NCBI RefSeq assembly: GCF_006345805.1
Contig: NC_043001.1
Span: forward strand, 114,142,001 to 114,206,000
From: Octopus sinensis
Taxonomy: Eukaryota
Direction: 5' to 3'
DNA: 64,000 nt
The position numbers and the translations under genes were made by a program. The notes below the pieces were generated by a model that was not told the origin of the DNA, ran no database searches, and saw only the letters and a list, made by a program, of their open reading frames with translations. The number at the start of each line of letters is the position of its first letter. Within the stretch, counting starts at the first letter, position 1. Below, piece after piece: positions 13,190-25,622 of this stretch.

Positions 13190-13598
13190 ATAATCACCAG
13201 CTAGCGATGAGAACTCATTCCAAACACTTAAATACGATATGCTTTTTCCAGTGACAAACTGTTACTGATCTCGAAAAAGGAGAAAGAAGCAATGTTAACT
13301 CTCTGAGCGAGAATTAAACAGTAGCAAATACTAATCAGACACAGACATTGTGTCGTTAGCCAGCTGAAGAATATGTTTTTCTGGGGCTATAAACAACAGT
13401 AGCATCGTCCCCTATGGGACCGCCACATTTAGGTGGCAAATATACTTCACGATTGCGTGCTGCTTCTGTTTACCTCTAGCTCAGAGATTTAATATTGCTT
13501 CTTTCTCCTTTTTCGAGGTTGGCGACAGTTTGTCACTGGAAAAGACCATGTAGTATTTTGCATTTGGAATGAGTTCTCATCCCTAGCTGGTGATTATC

Positions 13599-13640
13599 AG
13601 ACACTGATGATGGTTGCTACCCAAAAGCCCGGGTCTCTGT
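13599..13640 (+). ncRNA. Hammerhead ribozyme motif, core mutated (GAAA to AAAG)
   Basis: agaca-CTGATGA-tggttgctaccca-AAAG-CCCGGG-TC-tctgtg; paralog of 13145-13189. Confidence 0.7.
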
Positions 13641-13802
13641 GTATTACGTTAGGCTCGAGATGTGAACGATGATTTCCCTTCGCAAATACTAAACGAACAC
13701 AGACAGTGTGTCGTTAGCAAGCTGGAGCTTCTTGGAGCTATAAACAACAGTAGCATCGTCCCCTATGAGACTGCCACACTTAGGTGGCAAATATATTTCA
13801 CG

Positions 13803-13868
<66 letters not shown>

Positions 13869-14041
13869 TGAGAGAGAGTGAGAGAGAGAGAGTGAGAGAG
13901 AGAATGGGAGAGAGAGTGAGAGAGAGAGAAAGAGAGGTAAAGGTATGCATGTTTGGGTATTAAAAGAATTGCAATAGTTGCCTACTGAGAAAATAACGAA
14001 ATATTGAGTGTGTGCCTGTTGTGCTTGCGTGAGTGTGCGTA

Positions 14042-14093
<52 letters not shown>

Positions 14094-15227
14094 GAGAAAG
14101 AGAATGTGTGTGTTTGTGTGTGTGTATGTTTGTGCGTTTGTATGTTTGCACACAACTGGCATGCATTAATACAAAACATGCATACATGAATTTGAGATTC
14201 AAAAATCTAACAACCTTTCAAAAAATAGAAAAAAAATGCATCAGAAAATTAAACTTCACTAACATGCTACAACTATTTCTGCGATATTTTGACAGTTAAG
14301 CAATTATCTTGGGTAACTGAAAACCAACTCGTTCAAAAAGTCATTCTGTTTTCTTCAGATGCTTTCGTTTACACAAATTCTGTTCAACACTATGTAACTA
14401 TAGCTATTCCCTAAATTGCAAGATTCCATGCACTCTAGGTATTAATATGAAGTTTGTAGATTGCCAGTTTATTCTGTCCCAGTACGAACTCATTTTTTTT
14501 TACCGCAATAACTGAACAAACTAATATTTAGATTACAAAGGTTAAAATAGAAAACTCTAAAGCATAAAGAAAAAACAATTATGTAAAAATACCAATAAGA
14601 ACCTCATCAGCATTTTCTTCTACGTAATAGACCATTGCCATCTTAATTATTCTCTCCATCCATCCCAGAAGAGAATGCAGCGTTCTATAAAAAATTATCT
14701 TCTCGCAAACCACACCCTGAACGCATCCTGTAAGAACTCGTAACTGTTTTACGCATCATAAAAAAAAAAGCTTTCGTTTGTTCGCTTGTTTGTTTGTTTG
14801 TTTATTTGTTCGCTTGTTTGTTTGTTTGTTTGTTTATTTGTTCGCTTGTTTGTTTATGCAAGTCAGATAATATTCTACTTGACATTGTTTTATTCTAGTT
14901 TTATCTATAAGCAATTTAAAAGGAATGCACTGAGGTTTACGACACAAGTGACAAACCAAATACTGAATATTTAATGATATTTCATGGTATTAAGTAAGGA
15001 ATACAAATGTCATGCAAGATCATTTTATTATAATCATCTTTGTCTCTGCTCTACCTCAACCATGAATATTTAACATTTTTATGTCGTTGCAATGCTGGAA
15101 AGCTGCATGTGATATCTGAAGTCTTCTCCTCTAACTCAATTCCATTTCTCTAATGCTTTTTCATATCTTGTAATTGTCGCTCAGGGTTCAATAGGTTTTT
15201 GACGGTGTCGATTGGATAATGCTACTT

Positions 15228-15467
15228 GAATGTTACTTCCTTAGCCACAGGACACATCGTTCCCAGTTGGCTATGTGACACAAGCGTTCTGTGTTCTTCA
15301 GTTTTCAAACAGGGGAGACAAGCACCGCTGAAAGTAGTCTCTGGATGCTGGCCTCTGCTAGGTGGATGTGCTTATCTCCCCTGTTTGAAAACTTAAGGAC
15401 ACCGAACGCTTGTGTCACATAGACAACTGGAAACGATATTTCCCGGAGCTAAATAGCAGTAACATTC
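15228..15467. mobile_element. Foldback MITE-like element (~100-bp arms)
   Basis: gaatgttact...gtgacacaagcgttc...gttttcaaacaggggagacaagcac / gtgcttatctcccctgtttgaaaac...gaacgcttgtgtcac...agtaacattc; no TSD identified. Confidence 0.75.
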
Positions 15468-15679
15468 TTTCTTTTCCTGGGACTGCCACATTAAGTTGGC
15501 AACAAACCATCACTTTATCGTGCCGCTACTGTGTAAGTCTCTCTGACTGATTTAGAACTGCAATATTTCTAATTTTATATCCATATGTATATATGTATAC
15601 ATATATTTATAGGTATGTATATATGTATATATAAATATGTATACATCTATATGTATCTGTCTAAATCTCTCTATACATA

Positions 15680-15722
<43 letters not shown>

Positions 15723-15737
15723 GAATGTTGACATAAG

Positions 15738-15836
15738 TTCCTTGTCTTTCCTGATGAGAAGGCGGCATAATGCACCCCTTATTCCTTCGGAATTAGGAAT
15801 ATGCAGTCTTCGAAACATATGTCGAGAATAAAGGAA
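15738..15836 (+). ncRNA. Type I hammerhead ribozyme, apparently intact
   Basis: ttccttgtctttc-CTGATGA(15751-57)-GAAGGCgGCATA...TATGCaGTCTTC-GAAA(15812-15)-CATATG-TC^gagaataaaggaa. All core bases are consensus, G10.1-C11.1 pair present, 11-bp stem II, palindromic ACATATGT stem III, stem I of 4 bp + internal loop + 6 bp. Confidence 0.85.
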
Positions 15837-16025
15837 TTTTGTTAAATCGTCGTTCGACTCCATTCTTTCATTTATTTATAGTAAAAAAAAACACACAAAT
15901 TTCCACACGAAAACATGTGATCTCTGCCCTTGGCATGTAGCTTCAACCGTGTTTTCTGACGTGAATTTGCTACCCGGGTATCGGTTAACCGAAATATCCA
16001 TACTAGGATAATTCATTCAACTACT

Positions 16026-16067
<42 letters not shown>

Positions 16068-16779
16068 AATATATATGTATATATATATATATACACACAC
16101 ACACAACTGCATGTATGCAAACAAGCGTCTACAAAGAGAAATATTATATCTTTTTAGTTCTCCTCGTCTCGCTCACGTCCTCTCACTCTCCTTCATATTA
16201 CATGAATATAAGCATATATCTAAATTAATCTAAAGGTATGTGCGTGTCTGTATCGTGGATGTAAATGCGTGCCTGTGAAGATTAGTATACACATTTAATG
16301 TACTTGAAGCATACTTGTGCATTCCATTCTTAGCACTTCTCAGTGACTATTAAAGAGGTGTGTAGAACTTCACGCTTTGTAGGATATTTCATTTCAAGGG
16401 ATGCAGTTGAGACTGAAGATATGAAGAGAGACCGATAATACGTGGGAGAGAGATAGAGAGACAGACAGACCGAGGCAGAGTGACAGACAGAGTACCAGAG
16501 ACATTGAGTGGGAGAGAGAAAGAGAGAGAACTAGAGAGAGAGAGAATGATGGTGGAATGTTGAATTTAAATGGTCGGATTTATGAAATGAGAGAAACGGT
16601 TTATGTAAGAAATAGTGGTGGTGGGGAATAGCCGATTACACCAGCCCCATTATGCAAGTAGCACTTATTTCACTGTCACCGAAGACAATCGAAAATCGAA
16701 TCGACTATTAAATGTCCTTGAGCGTAATACCCTAACTATTTCTGTATTGGTTCCAAGAATACTCTCTCATTCGGTCGTA

Positions 16780-17313
16780 TCTATATATATAAAACTGTAG
16801 TTGTGTGATCGTCTGTCTCCTACGATTTAGTTAGTTAGTTAGTTAGATAGTTAATTTGGCTCAAAAGCAAATAGCAAGGCCATGTAGGGGGACATGGAGT
16901 TAAGTACAGGGTGGTGTTCCTAACTACTCCTACATTTTGCGGTGCAGTTTAACCAAATTCGGGTACCTTATAGTCGTGATTCATATCGAGCCCATCTGAG
17001 TATTAGCGCATAATTTTTCGTGTGTCGATGGCGGCGGAGTTAGCGTCCATGGTCATACCTGCACCTGTTTGCTTCTCCCCCTTCTTCCCTCCCTCGTGAA
17101 GCTGTGGGGAAGGGAGTGTAAGGAAATCAACGTCGTAAAGCGTTGTCAAGGAGACCAGCGTTCTTTTAGAACAACGACTTCATGGCTTGAAGACCCCAAA
17201 ACAGAAATGGCTAAGAAAGCCCGAATTGGCATCTATAAGGGAAGTAACTCTCTAAAAATGCTTATATAGTTATTTCTCTTACAAACCCGAGCAACGCCGG
17301 GCGATACTGCTAG
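16780..17313 (+). mobile_element. Complete non-autonomous Helitron (534 bp)
   Basis: A|TCTATATATATAAAA... to cccgagcaacgccggg hairpin and CTAG|T; inserted between A and T with no TSD. Confidence 0.9.
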
Positions 17314-20246
17314 TATATTATAAATATCAAATGAGGACGTGTTTAAGAAATTTTACTACTTGCAAGATCGTCTAGCTTACACACAATACAAAAACGGTGA
17401 TACGTATTCATACTTTTATTAGGCACAAGCATATTTTATCATATTTTAACGGCGATAAAATAGAAACATAGTTAACACTGATGTATTATACTATACTCTA
17501 CGCATTTTACACCTCGCTGTGTTACAGTATGCTCCAGAAGTATTAACAAACGCGTTTATTATATTACAAAGGAAATTTGTTGAATAAAATCTAGTCCTTA
17601 AGCAAAAGAATCCGTGAAAACGTTATTAACCGAACCATGTAGTGCCTAGATATAGAATATGTATCCTTTCTCTAAATTTCTGTGGTGGTTTCCCAGCGTA
17701 CGAGGTCGTTTTACTTACACTGCCATCAAGGACCTTAGAGCTAGGGCTAAGCTGAAACTACAAGTTCAAAATCTCTCATAAAGTGTTTCAACGGTTTATT
17801 TATTGTTTCTTCCTTCACTAACATATAGTGAATTTGTGGTTGGTAAGAAAGTTTTAATATACATAACTTGTTTAATACTTTCGTTTGTAAGAGTGTAAGC
17901 TGAAAGTACGTAAATCTAGGATAGCTTTTTCTGTTTTTCAGCTTGATACTTGTCGTTGGTTGCTGCCAAGATCATTGACAAGTCCTATAATGAAAACCCT
18001 TATTGCAGTTATCCCCCAGTGTAGGAACACTCAACCCTGGACCATGTTGCCCATAGTGTTTTACCTTTTAAGACAATGTGGTTGGAGGGAACTTACGTCT
18101 AAACAACTGCATTGTTTCATTAGTTGTTCATTTTAGTTTTGCAATTGCTGCATTTATATCTACTTTGATATGTAACCCAAGGTCGTCCAGGACATAGATA
18201 TTTACTATGAACGAAGGTGAGCTAACCGTTCCTAAGCGTACAGACATACTATTTCTCTGATTACATCATATAAATCATTTTTTAAAAAAATAATGCAGAG
18301 AGGCTTATTAAAGAACTGCTTTCTCTGCTGTCAGCATAATAGCAATCCTGATCCTTCCAGAGCCTGGCGTATTCGCAATCTGATCTCGTTTAATAAGATC
18401 GATAGAAAGCTACACCTGCGATTGTAGTTACGTGTATACATTCCATCATCACCTGCCTATAGTATATCACTATTATTTCGACAACTGTGCAGAACCAATT
18501 AATTCGGTGCTGTCATCATGTCAAAAGTGTAAAATCTGTCTGTGAATTAATAAACAAGTAGCATGCGCTAAGCATAAATGCAATATGTTCATTATACCGA
18601 CACCTGCATGCATTTATACCTCAAATAGAAGCAGAAAATAGCAAACAAAAATCGTCCCGTACCTATAGCTGTCAAGCACAGAATGGATATTGCCAGAAAA
18701 ACATCCACAAAAACGAATTACCGAACTAAATGCAATTTACAGGATTTATTAAACACAATCGAAAAATATACTTCGCAAACTGATATGATGGAAGATAATC
18801 CATAATTCATCTAATAACGTAATCCAGGGAATAATCGCCCTGGAACCGTAACCATATAAATTAATTGAAGAACTTAAACCAATAAACATTGCTACTTTAA
18901 AGCCAACGCAACAATTAAAAACAAAACACGATTAAGATGAACTAAAAACATGACAACAGAAAAGGAATCTCTTTAACTACCCAGTATCTGTCTCTTCAAA
19001 ACATCACAAAAGACTAACCCAATGTACAATATAGCTATTAGATATATACCTTAATTAGAGAAAATGTAACTAAAGCTTTGATTCCTCCTAAAAAAACATG
19101 TTTAAAATATATATATATATATACTGAAATAAAACAATTGTAAAGAAAATATTCACTATTTGAACATCATAGCCTACAGGTGTTGTAAAGGAAAGCAATT
19201 ACCACTTCACCACTGTTCACCGCCAAAAGACCCATCGTAATATATGAGTGAGAGTCTAGAAACTACTCTCTAGCATAAGTGGCGGTGTACAATACACAAT
19301 AATATATAGCAATCTACCCAAAATGTTGTAGATTATTAACATTACTATTAACGCTAATTAAAATTAATCATTCTAAAGAATTATATTAAGTTCACGCTAG
19401 AAATGATTCCATATTTTCTAGAAATATCATTATGTCTCCTCAAGCAACAGTTAGAACTTTTAATTCGCAATTTCCTAACGTAAGCATATTTTTCCATATG
19501 CATTATTAGCATCTTAACTCCTCTCAAAAATATACTAACCTCATTTATAACTCTACTGTTATCATAATTTGACTGGAGAACATGTTGTACCCTATTCTTA
19601 ATGGAATTCTTCTTGATGTCCGGAGCAATGATGCAACATGGAAAATAAAGTTATCAGTAGTATTACAATTGTTGCAACAGTCGTTTAATCCATGCAAAGT
19701 ATCTTGGCATCTAAATAGTTAACTTGAACTACAGTGTCTCCGTATCTGTTAACTACGAGATTTTCGGGATATATTTTTACAAGCAAATTTCCAAATTATT
19801 TCTAAATAGAAATGAAAATATCAATGATATATGTGCAATAATAACTAAACAGTTTAACGAACCTATCTTTTTCTGTTGATATAATGTATTGATCGAGATA
19901 AACGTACACGAAAATAAGTACACAAATAGCAACAAACGTACACGAAGATAAATACATATATAGCAGCAAAAACAAAAATCCGACAGTATTCAGATTGAGT
20001 GCTTCTCTGGAAATACCCTAATTTTACACACTACCAGCATCTTATAAATATATATATATACACACACACACAGACACATACACGCACACACATACAGACA
20101 AACGCACGCGCACACACAAGCATGCATACACACACTCACACACACATACTCACCCCCATATATATAAACCTTTTTGTGTAATGTATTTGCACAGTATTTT
20201 TGTTCTCTTCTTGTTGCTTAGTTGAGTTGATTGTCTACTAATTTCG

Positions 20247-20650
20247 TTAAGAATTGACAGATTTTTTCTCTTGTTTTCTAGTTTTTTTCTGGATATTATT
20301 AATCCACAAGTTTTGTTTAGCTGGTGGTACTCCTGTTTGGATGGATTTGAGGGTGTATCCTGCTTCTTTTGTAGTCACAGTGGCTGCTGCAAATATTATG
20401 TCATATAGCTCGGTGGAATTAACATTTGTTTCTGTAGCTATTAATTCTGTGACGGCCAGGTCCATGCTATTTATTATTGATGGTGTTTTAGTATCAATTT
20501 TAATTTTTGGGAAGTACAATCGGTGGTCCATACTGAGATCTGTGGCTTTCAGTTCTTTGATTGTGTTCATTATTAGAGTATCATACTCATTAGATTCACC
20601 TTCACTGATTACGGGTTTTAGATTTGTTTCGATTCCTCCCGTTCATATTT
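20247..20650 (-). mobile_element. R4/Dong-clade non-LTR retrotransposon fragment (pre-RT region)
   Basis: RLYFPKIK...TELYDIIFAAATVTTKEAG...PPAKQNLWINNIQKK resembles the L-x-E-x-N-x-LIYAAA...P-x-W-x-x-R-L pattern upstream of R4/Dong RT. Confidence 0.6.
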
Positions 20651-21553
20651 ATGTCTGCGGTGTTCTGGTTTGGTGCACTTTGCTCATCATTATACATTCC
20701 TATGATCTGGGTTTGCTGTCTTTCGTTGTTTACTTCGTGTTTTATAGTCCCAGTGCTTATGATATTATTTGGCATTGCTATGTGGTTACAATCTACATTT
20801 TCCTGATGTATTTTTTCCTTTTAAGTATTCAATTTCTATTTCTGATATATTTGTTTTGTTTTGAGAACATATTTTCGTATATTAGCTAGTTTACTGGGGT
20901 TCATTGCTGCATCCAGGTCTTTAACTAGGTTATTTTTCTTACAGATATTATATGTATATGTTGTGGTGTTTTCGTACTTTGGGTTGGAGCACTGCTGTAA
21001 AATAAGCTTACAGGATTGAAATATATTCCACACATGTCCAGTTATGCTTTTTTGATTTTATTTGTGGGACATGAGGAATAACTTCCGGCCCTTTATTTTG
21101 ATGGTCATCATTTTCATAGGTTACCGATCGGTTCAAATGGTTTTGCACATGTAGTTTTTCGTACTTTTTGCATAACAAGTTTAAAGTACATACTTCCCGC
21201 TTGTAATTCTTGAGTTGAATAATATCGGTTTTATTTAATTTATTTAAAATGTTTTTGTGCATGGTGTTTAAGGACGGAGACGGTCTGGTATTGATTGGAC
21301 CGTAATGTGGCGAAGGTGTTTACATATGGTGCGAGTAATGGAGATGTTATACAGTTAAATTACATCATTTCATTTCGAAAAGAGAAATACATTTCAATAA
21401 GTATTACTTACTCGGATATAGTCCAACACTTTTAAAGTTATTTTTGGCTATATGTGATGTCTTTATTCTTGATATTTTTGGATATATTTCGGAGCAGTGT
21501 TTTGTCGCTCTCACATGTTAAACGTCCCCGGTGTATTATTCTGTTCATTATTC

Positions 21554-21554
<1 letters not shown>

Positions 21555-21648
<94 letters not shown>

Positions 21649-21652
21649 TTAT

Positions 21653-21726
<74 letters not shown>

Positions 21727-21740
21727 CATTATTATTATTA
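21555..21740. repeat. (TAT)n/(TAC)n microsatellite
   Basis: Direct reading. Confidence 0.95.
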
Positions 21741-21817
21741 TATCAGCACAGCTCGGTGTGACCTCAACATCATTAGGCTGTAGCTGGCAAAATAGCAAAG
21801 GAGCTTTTATATATAGT

Positions 21818-22470
21818 TCTATATTTAAGAGATGAGGAATTATGTACATTATTTACATATTTACATTTGACGGATATCTGTCCTCATCTTATTTGTTGTT
21901 AACACAACATTTCGGCTGATATACCCGCCAGCATTTATCCCGCGTATTTGGGAAATTAATTACTACTTTCACACGTGGGTGACGGACTTCAGTCTTCATT
22001 CTCTGACCTTTGAGTTTCATAAACTTCTTAATCTGGCGTGTCTTCACCATTTCAAATTCTTTCGTGTACGACTTTTCTAGATCTTGTTGGATTCCCTTTC
22101 TATCATCATCTCTGGTTATTTTTTTAGCTAATGAAGATAACCTCCCTTTGATTTCGTTATTTACTTGATATTTTGTCCAACGGTTGTAATGGATCGTCTC
22201 ACGGACGAGGGTATGTCCTCTCCTTTCCGCTATTCTTCGAGCTTTATATGAATCCACTGGTGTCATTCTATTCAAGCCAGGTGGTATTAGCTTTGAGTCT
22301 CTACATCTACACAGGAAAGTTAAATGGTTTGAAAGACGAGCTAGTTTTTGATGGGGTTTGTCTATATGTCTTCATTCAAGTCTAATGTTGGCTCGGTATC
22401 GATTACATAATACAGTATTATATTTAAGAGATGAGGAATTATGTACATTATTTACATTTGACAGATATAT
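21818..22470 (-). mobile_element. Penelope-like element 5' ORF fragment between direct repeats
   Basis: Minus translation KLARLSNHLTFLCRCRDSKLIPPGLNRMTP..ARRI...VKTRQIKKFMKL (PLE N-terminal HL-x-FL-x-x-C...IP-x-GL pattern). Direct repeat tatatttaagagatgaggaattatgtacattatttacat at 21818 and 22419. Half hammerhead (gctg/cagcc-GAAA-tgtt) at 21905-21933. An inverted copy of about 22090-22200 lies at about 22600-22700. Confidence 0.7.
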
Positions 22471-22776
22471 GCTACTCATATCTGCACTCGGTCTGCTTAG
22501 GGGGTTGTTGTGTCCTAGAATATGGGCTGCTTCTTGTAGTTTTTGCATTTTCCAGTAGTGTTCTCTGTCTGTTATTTTAACTTCATCCCCCAGGGGAAGG
22601 TGGTCTCCATTACAACCATTGGAAAAACATCAACTAAATAACGAAATCAAAGAGAGGTTATCTTCATTACTTAGGAAAATAACCAGAGATGATGATAAAA
22701 AGTTAAGCGCGGGCTACTGACACCAAGATGCCGAGTTCGATTCCAGGTAGTAACAACAACAACAACAATAATAATA

Positions 22777-22821
<45 letters not shown>

Positions 22822-22929
22822 CAACAACATCGATAAACTTTATAAATACCATAAAATCAATAATAATAATAATAATAATAATAAAGATAATAATAATAAC
22901 AAAAGATACTGAAGAAGAAATGGAGAGAA

Positions 22930-23365
22930 AAATCACTTGAAAGCCAATACCCTACAAGGTTTTACAGAGAGGAAGTGAGCCTAAATAAAAGCTAACAATG
23001 GCTCAAAAACTCTGGACTAAAAGCCGAAGCAGAAGGATTGATTCCTGCTGCACATGACTAATGCCTGGCTACAAACAAAATAATAGAAAAAGGCCTCAAC
23101 ACTAAATGCAGAATGGGCAACCAGCACAAGGAGACTGTTGACCACATCATATCGGTCTTTCCAGTTCTTGCAAGTCTGAATATGTATATAGACACAACAA
23201 AGTAGGCAGTTGTATCCACTGGACAATATGCCAACATTACAAAACTGACAGCAGGTGATATAAGCATGGGCCAAACAAGGTACAATACATCGATCAGGCC
23301 ACAGACATCTAGGATATGTCGGTTCAATCCGACAAAGAAACAAAATCAAAAGCTAATCACCCAAA
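22930..23365 (+). mobile_element. R4/Dong-clade non-LTR retrotransposon C-terminal fragment, decayed
   Basis: WLKNSGLKAEAEGLIPAAHD*CLAT...KCRMGNQHKETVDHII...EYVYRHNKVGSCIHWTICQHY...ANHP matches the ETEG..AAQDQ, CCHC-like and RH..V motifs before the RLE endonuclease. Abuts an (AAT)n array at about 22750-22900. Confidence 0.85.
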
Positions 23366-23945
23366 CATAAATAGTCAAGGATTAGGGAAAGAAACACTTG
23401 CTTCTGGGTGTACATTTTGGCGTTATTGCTGCCTCTTTAGGCAGATCCCATTTGACATGTGAGAATTTAGGCCATGTTTAGAAAACTAACACCACATATA
23501 TGACATTTTTTGGTTGGACTTGTCTTTAGTTCAGATGGGATGTGAAACGCTGTTAATAGCACCCTGAAGAAGCAGAAATTAACACCAAACTTCACACCAA
23601 AGAGCAAAAATTTTGCAATATGCACGAAATATGCAGCAGAAACATATGTGGGTGTAGAAATGGAAAGACGTGATTGACACCGGAATAAAAGTGGATATAT
23701 AAATGTGTTCTCCTTATTAATATATAGATTGGTTTCACTGGGATCGCCCTTTTAAGTAGAAATAATAGCCAAAACTTTTTGACTGCTATTTCTAAATTCG
23801 GTATGTGGTGAGACAAATCGTTGCTGAACCCTTAATTAATTAGTATTACTTAAACCTTCTTTGAATGGGTCTTTTACATGCCGAACTCTACTTGGTGAAA
23901 TTAATGATTATTTCTAAATTAATTAATTTCACCCTATATTATTGA

Positions 23946-23987
<42 letters not shown>

Positions 23988-24051
23988 TATATAGATCTAT
24001 TCATATGACTATATCAACACGATGTCTCATCAGTAGCTCTTTTAAGTGTGC

Positions 24052-24083
<32 letters not shown>

Positions 24084-24277
24084 CTACATACAAGAAAAAG
24101 TTATGCGTCACTTGATATTTATACACGCTTGGATACCAGGCTAACATTTGTGTCTAGTTTGAATGTTTTCCGATATTTACATAAAGTTATATATAACTCT
24201 CTTTCAGTTGCCTGTATCATAAATATATCTGTGTGTGTTTGTGTGTGTGTATTTGTATGTATGTGTATGTAGGTATG

Positions 24278-24325
<48 letters not shown>

Positions 24326-24392
24326 TATGCATATATATAGTTATAGATAGATATACAATATACAACTGAATATACCTGTGTATGTTTGTGTG

Positions 24393-24423
<31 letters not shown>

Positions 24424-25223
24424 ATTGTGTGAGTGTGTGTATGGATGGATGGGTGCACCATATTCTCGGCTTCTCTCATAAGCTCCCAGCACAAAAGATT
24501 CTTTTTTTATAATTGCTTGATGCTCAGTCGTACATGTAGACTTAAACTCACACATATCCCAACCCCACACACACCGAAGCAGAAACAATGTCAGTAGTGT
24601 ATCCATGTCATAAATTGAATACATAAAAAGTATTTTTTGTGCTTTTTCTCGCCCCTCGACGTGTGTGGTCTGTCATTATAAATATGTTCTTCCCAACATT
24701 GCTTCATTTCCTTATCTGTTAAATCAGTGTTTCTTAACCATGCTTTTCTCTATTTCCTCCCATTACTGGAGCACTATTCTGATTACCCCCACATATGATA
24801 AGAATATAATGGTTTTACTTTTGAGACAATGTCTTACACAGCATTAACAAAAAGCTTTGTGATCAAACTTCGAGAAAAGTCAACAATATATAATAAATAA
24901 TACATATACAAAAACATAATTGCTGATAATGAATATTTCAACGTGAATATAATTTCTCACTGGAATCTTAAAATTTCTACTCTCCATCCTTTTCCCTTGA
25001 AATCTCGGAATTTTTTGTTGGTGTGTATATAAAGAATTCTTATTGGTTAAGAATTACATTCTTGTTGATTAAAAATTACATTCTCTCTAATACTTTGCTA
25101 AACAGTTTTCCCAGTAGAAAACATTCGTGTGTGCCCGTTTAACTATTAGTGTGTATGTGTGTGTGTGGCTGTCTAAACGTCTTAATTGAGGACATACCAA
25201 CCGTAATGATCCCGTTATTTATA

Positions 25224-25259
<36 letters not shown>

Positions 25260-25560
25260 AACGTGACCGACCAGGTTATCAGATGTTGCTACATATTGCT
25301 GGTCACAATGCGCTTCGCATTGTTTTAGCCTTCAAATGACGCCACCCCGCTGGCTAAGCGAGCAGGCCAACAGAAGAAAGAGTGAGAGAAAATTGTGGTG
25401 AAAGAGTACAGCAGGGACCGCCGCCACCCACACCCGGAGCATCGTGGAGCTTTAAGTGTTTTTGCTTAATAAACACTCACAACGCCCAGTCTGGGAATTG
25501 AAACCGCGATCCTACAACTGCGAGTCCGCTGTCCTATCCACTGGGCCATTGCGCCTCCAC
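25260..25560 (-). mobile_element. tRNA-derived SINE with family A head and a different tail
   Basis: Shares the ggcgcaatggcccagtgg...gtgagtgtttatt..ctctttcaccacaa head and body with family A, then diverges. Confidence 0.85.
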
Positions 25561-25567
25561 ACACACA

Positions 25568-25622
<55 letters not shown>

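Larger units (their letters stand above)
12971..13803. mobile_element. Hammerhead-containing 351-bp tandem unit in back-to-back inverted arrays (putative retrozyme or coding-less PLE pLTR array)
   Basis: Plus array 13324-13803 repeats agcatcgtcccctatg at 13401 and 13752 (period 351). Minus array 12971-13325 repeats agcaat(a/g)ttaa.tctctgagc at 12971 and 13288 (period 317, internal deletion). One HHR motif per array; flanked by (TA)n on both sides. Confidence 0.8.

Noticed and set aside
20254-20889. Longest ORF (211 aa, plus strand, hydrophobic)
   Set aside because: It is the antisense of the R4/Dong fragment plus AT-rich flank; no recognisable domain.
23592-23816. Peptide AVKKFWLLFLLKRA..IYILIRRTHL resembling a post-RT LINE region
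   Set aside because: Similarity too weak and short to call.
24010-24045. Minus-strand CTGATGA-GAC...GTC
   Set aside because: No GAAA after stem II. The same reason applies to CTGANGA hits at about 934, 4928, 14605, 47598, 49290, 55510 and 62010, where stems or GAAA are missing.
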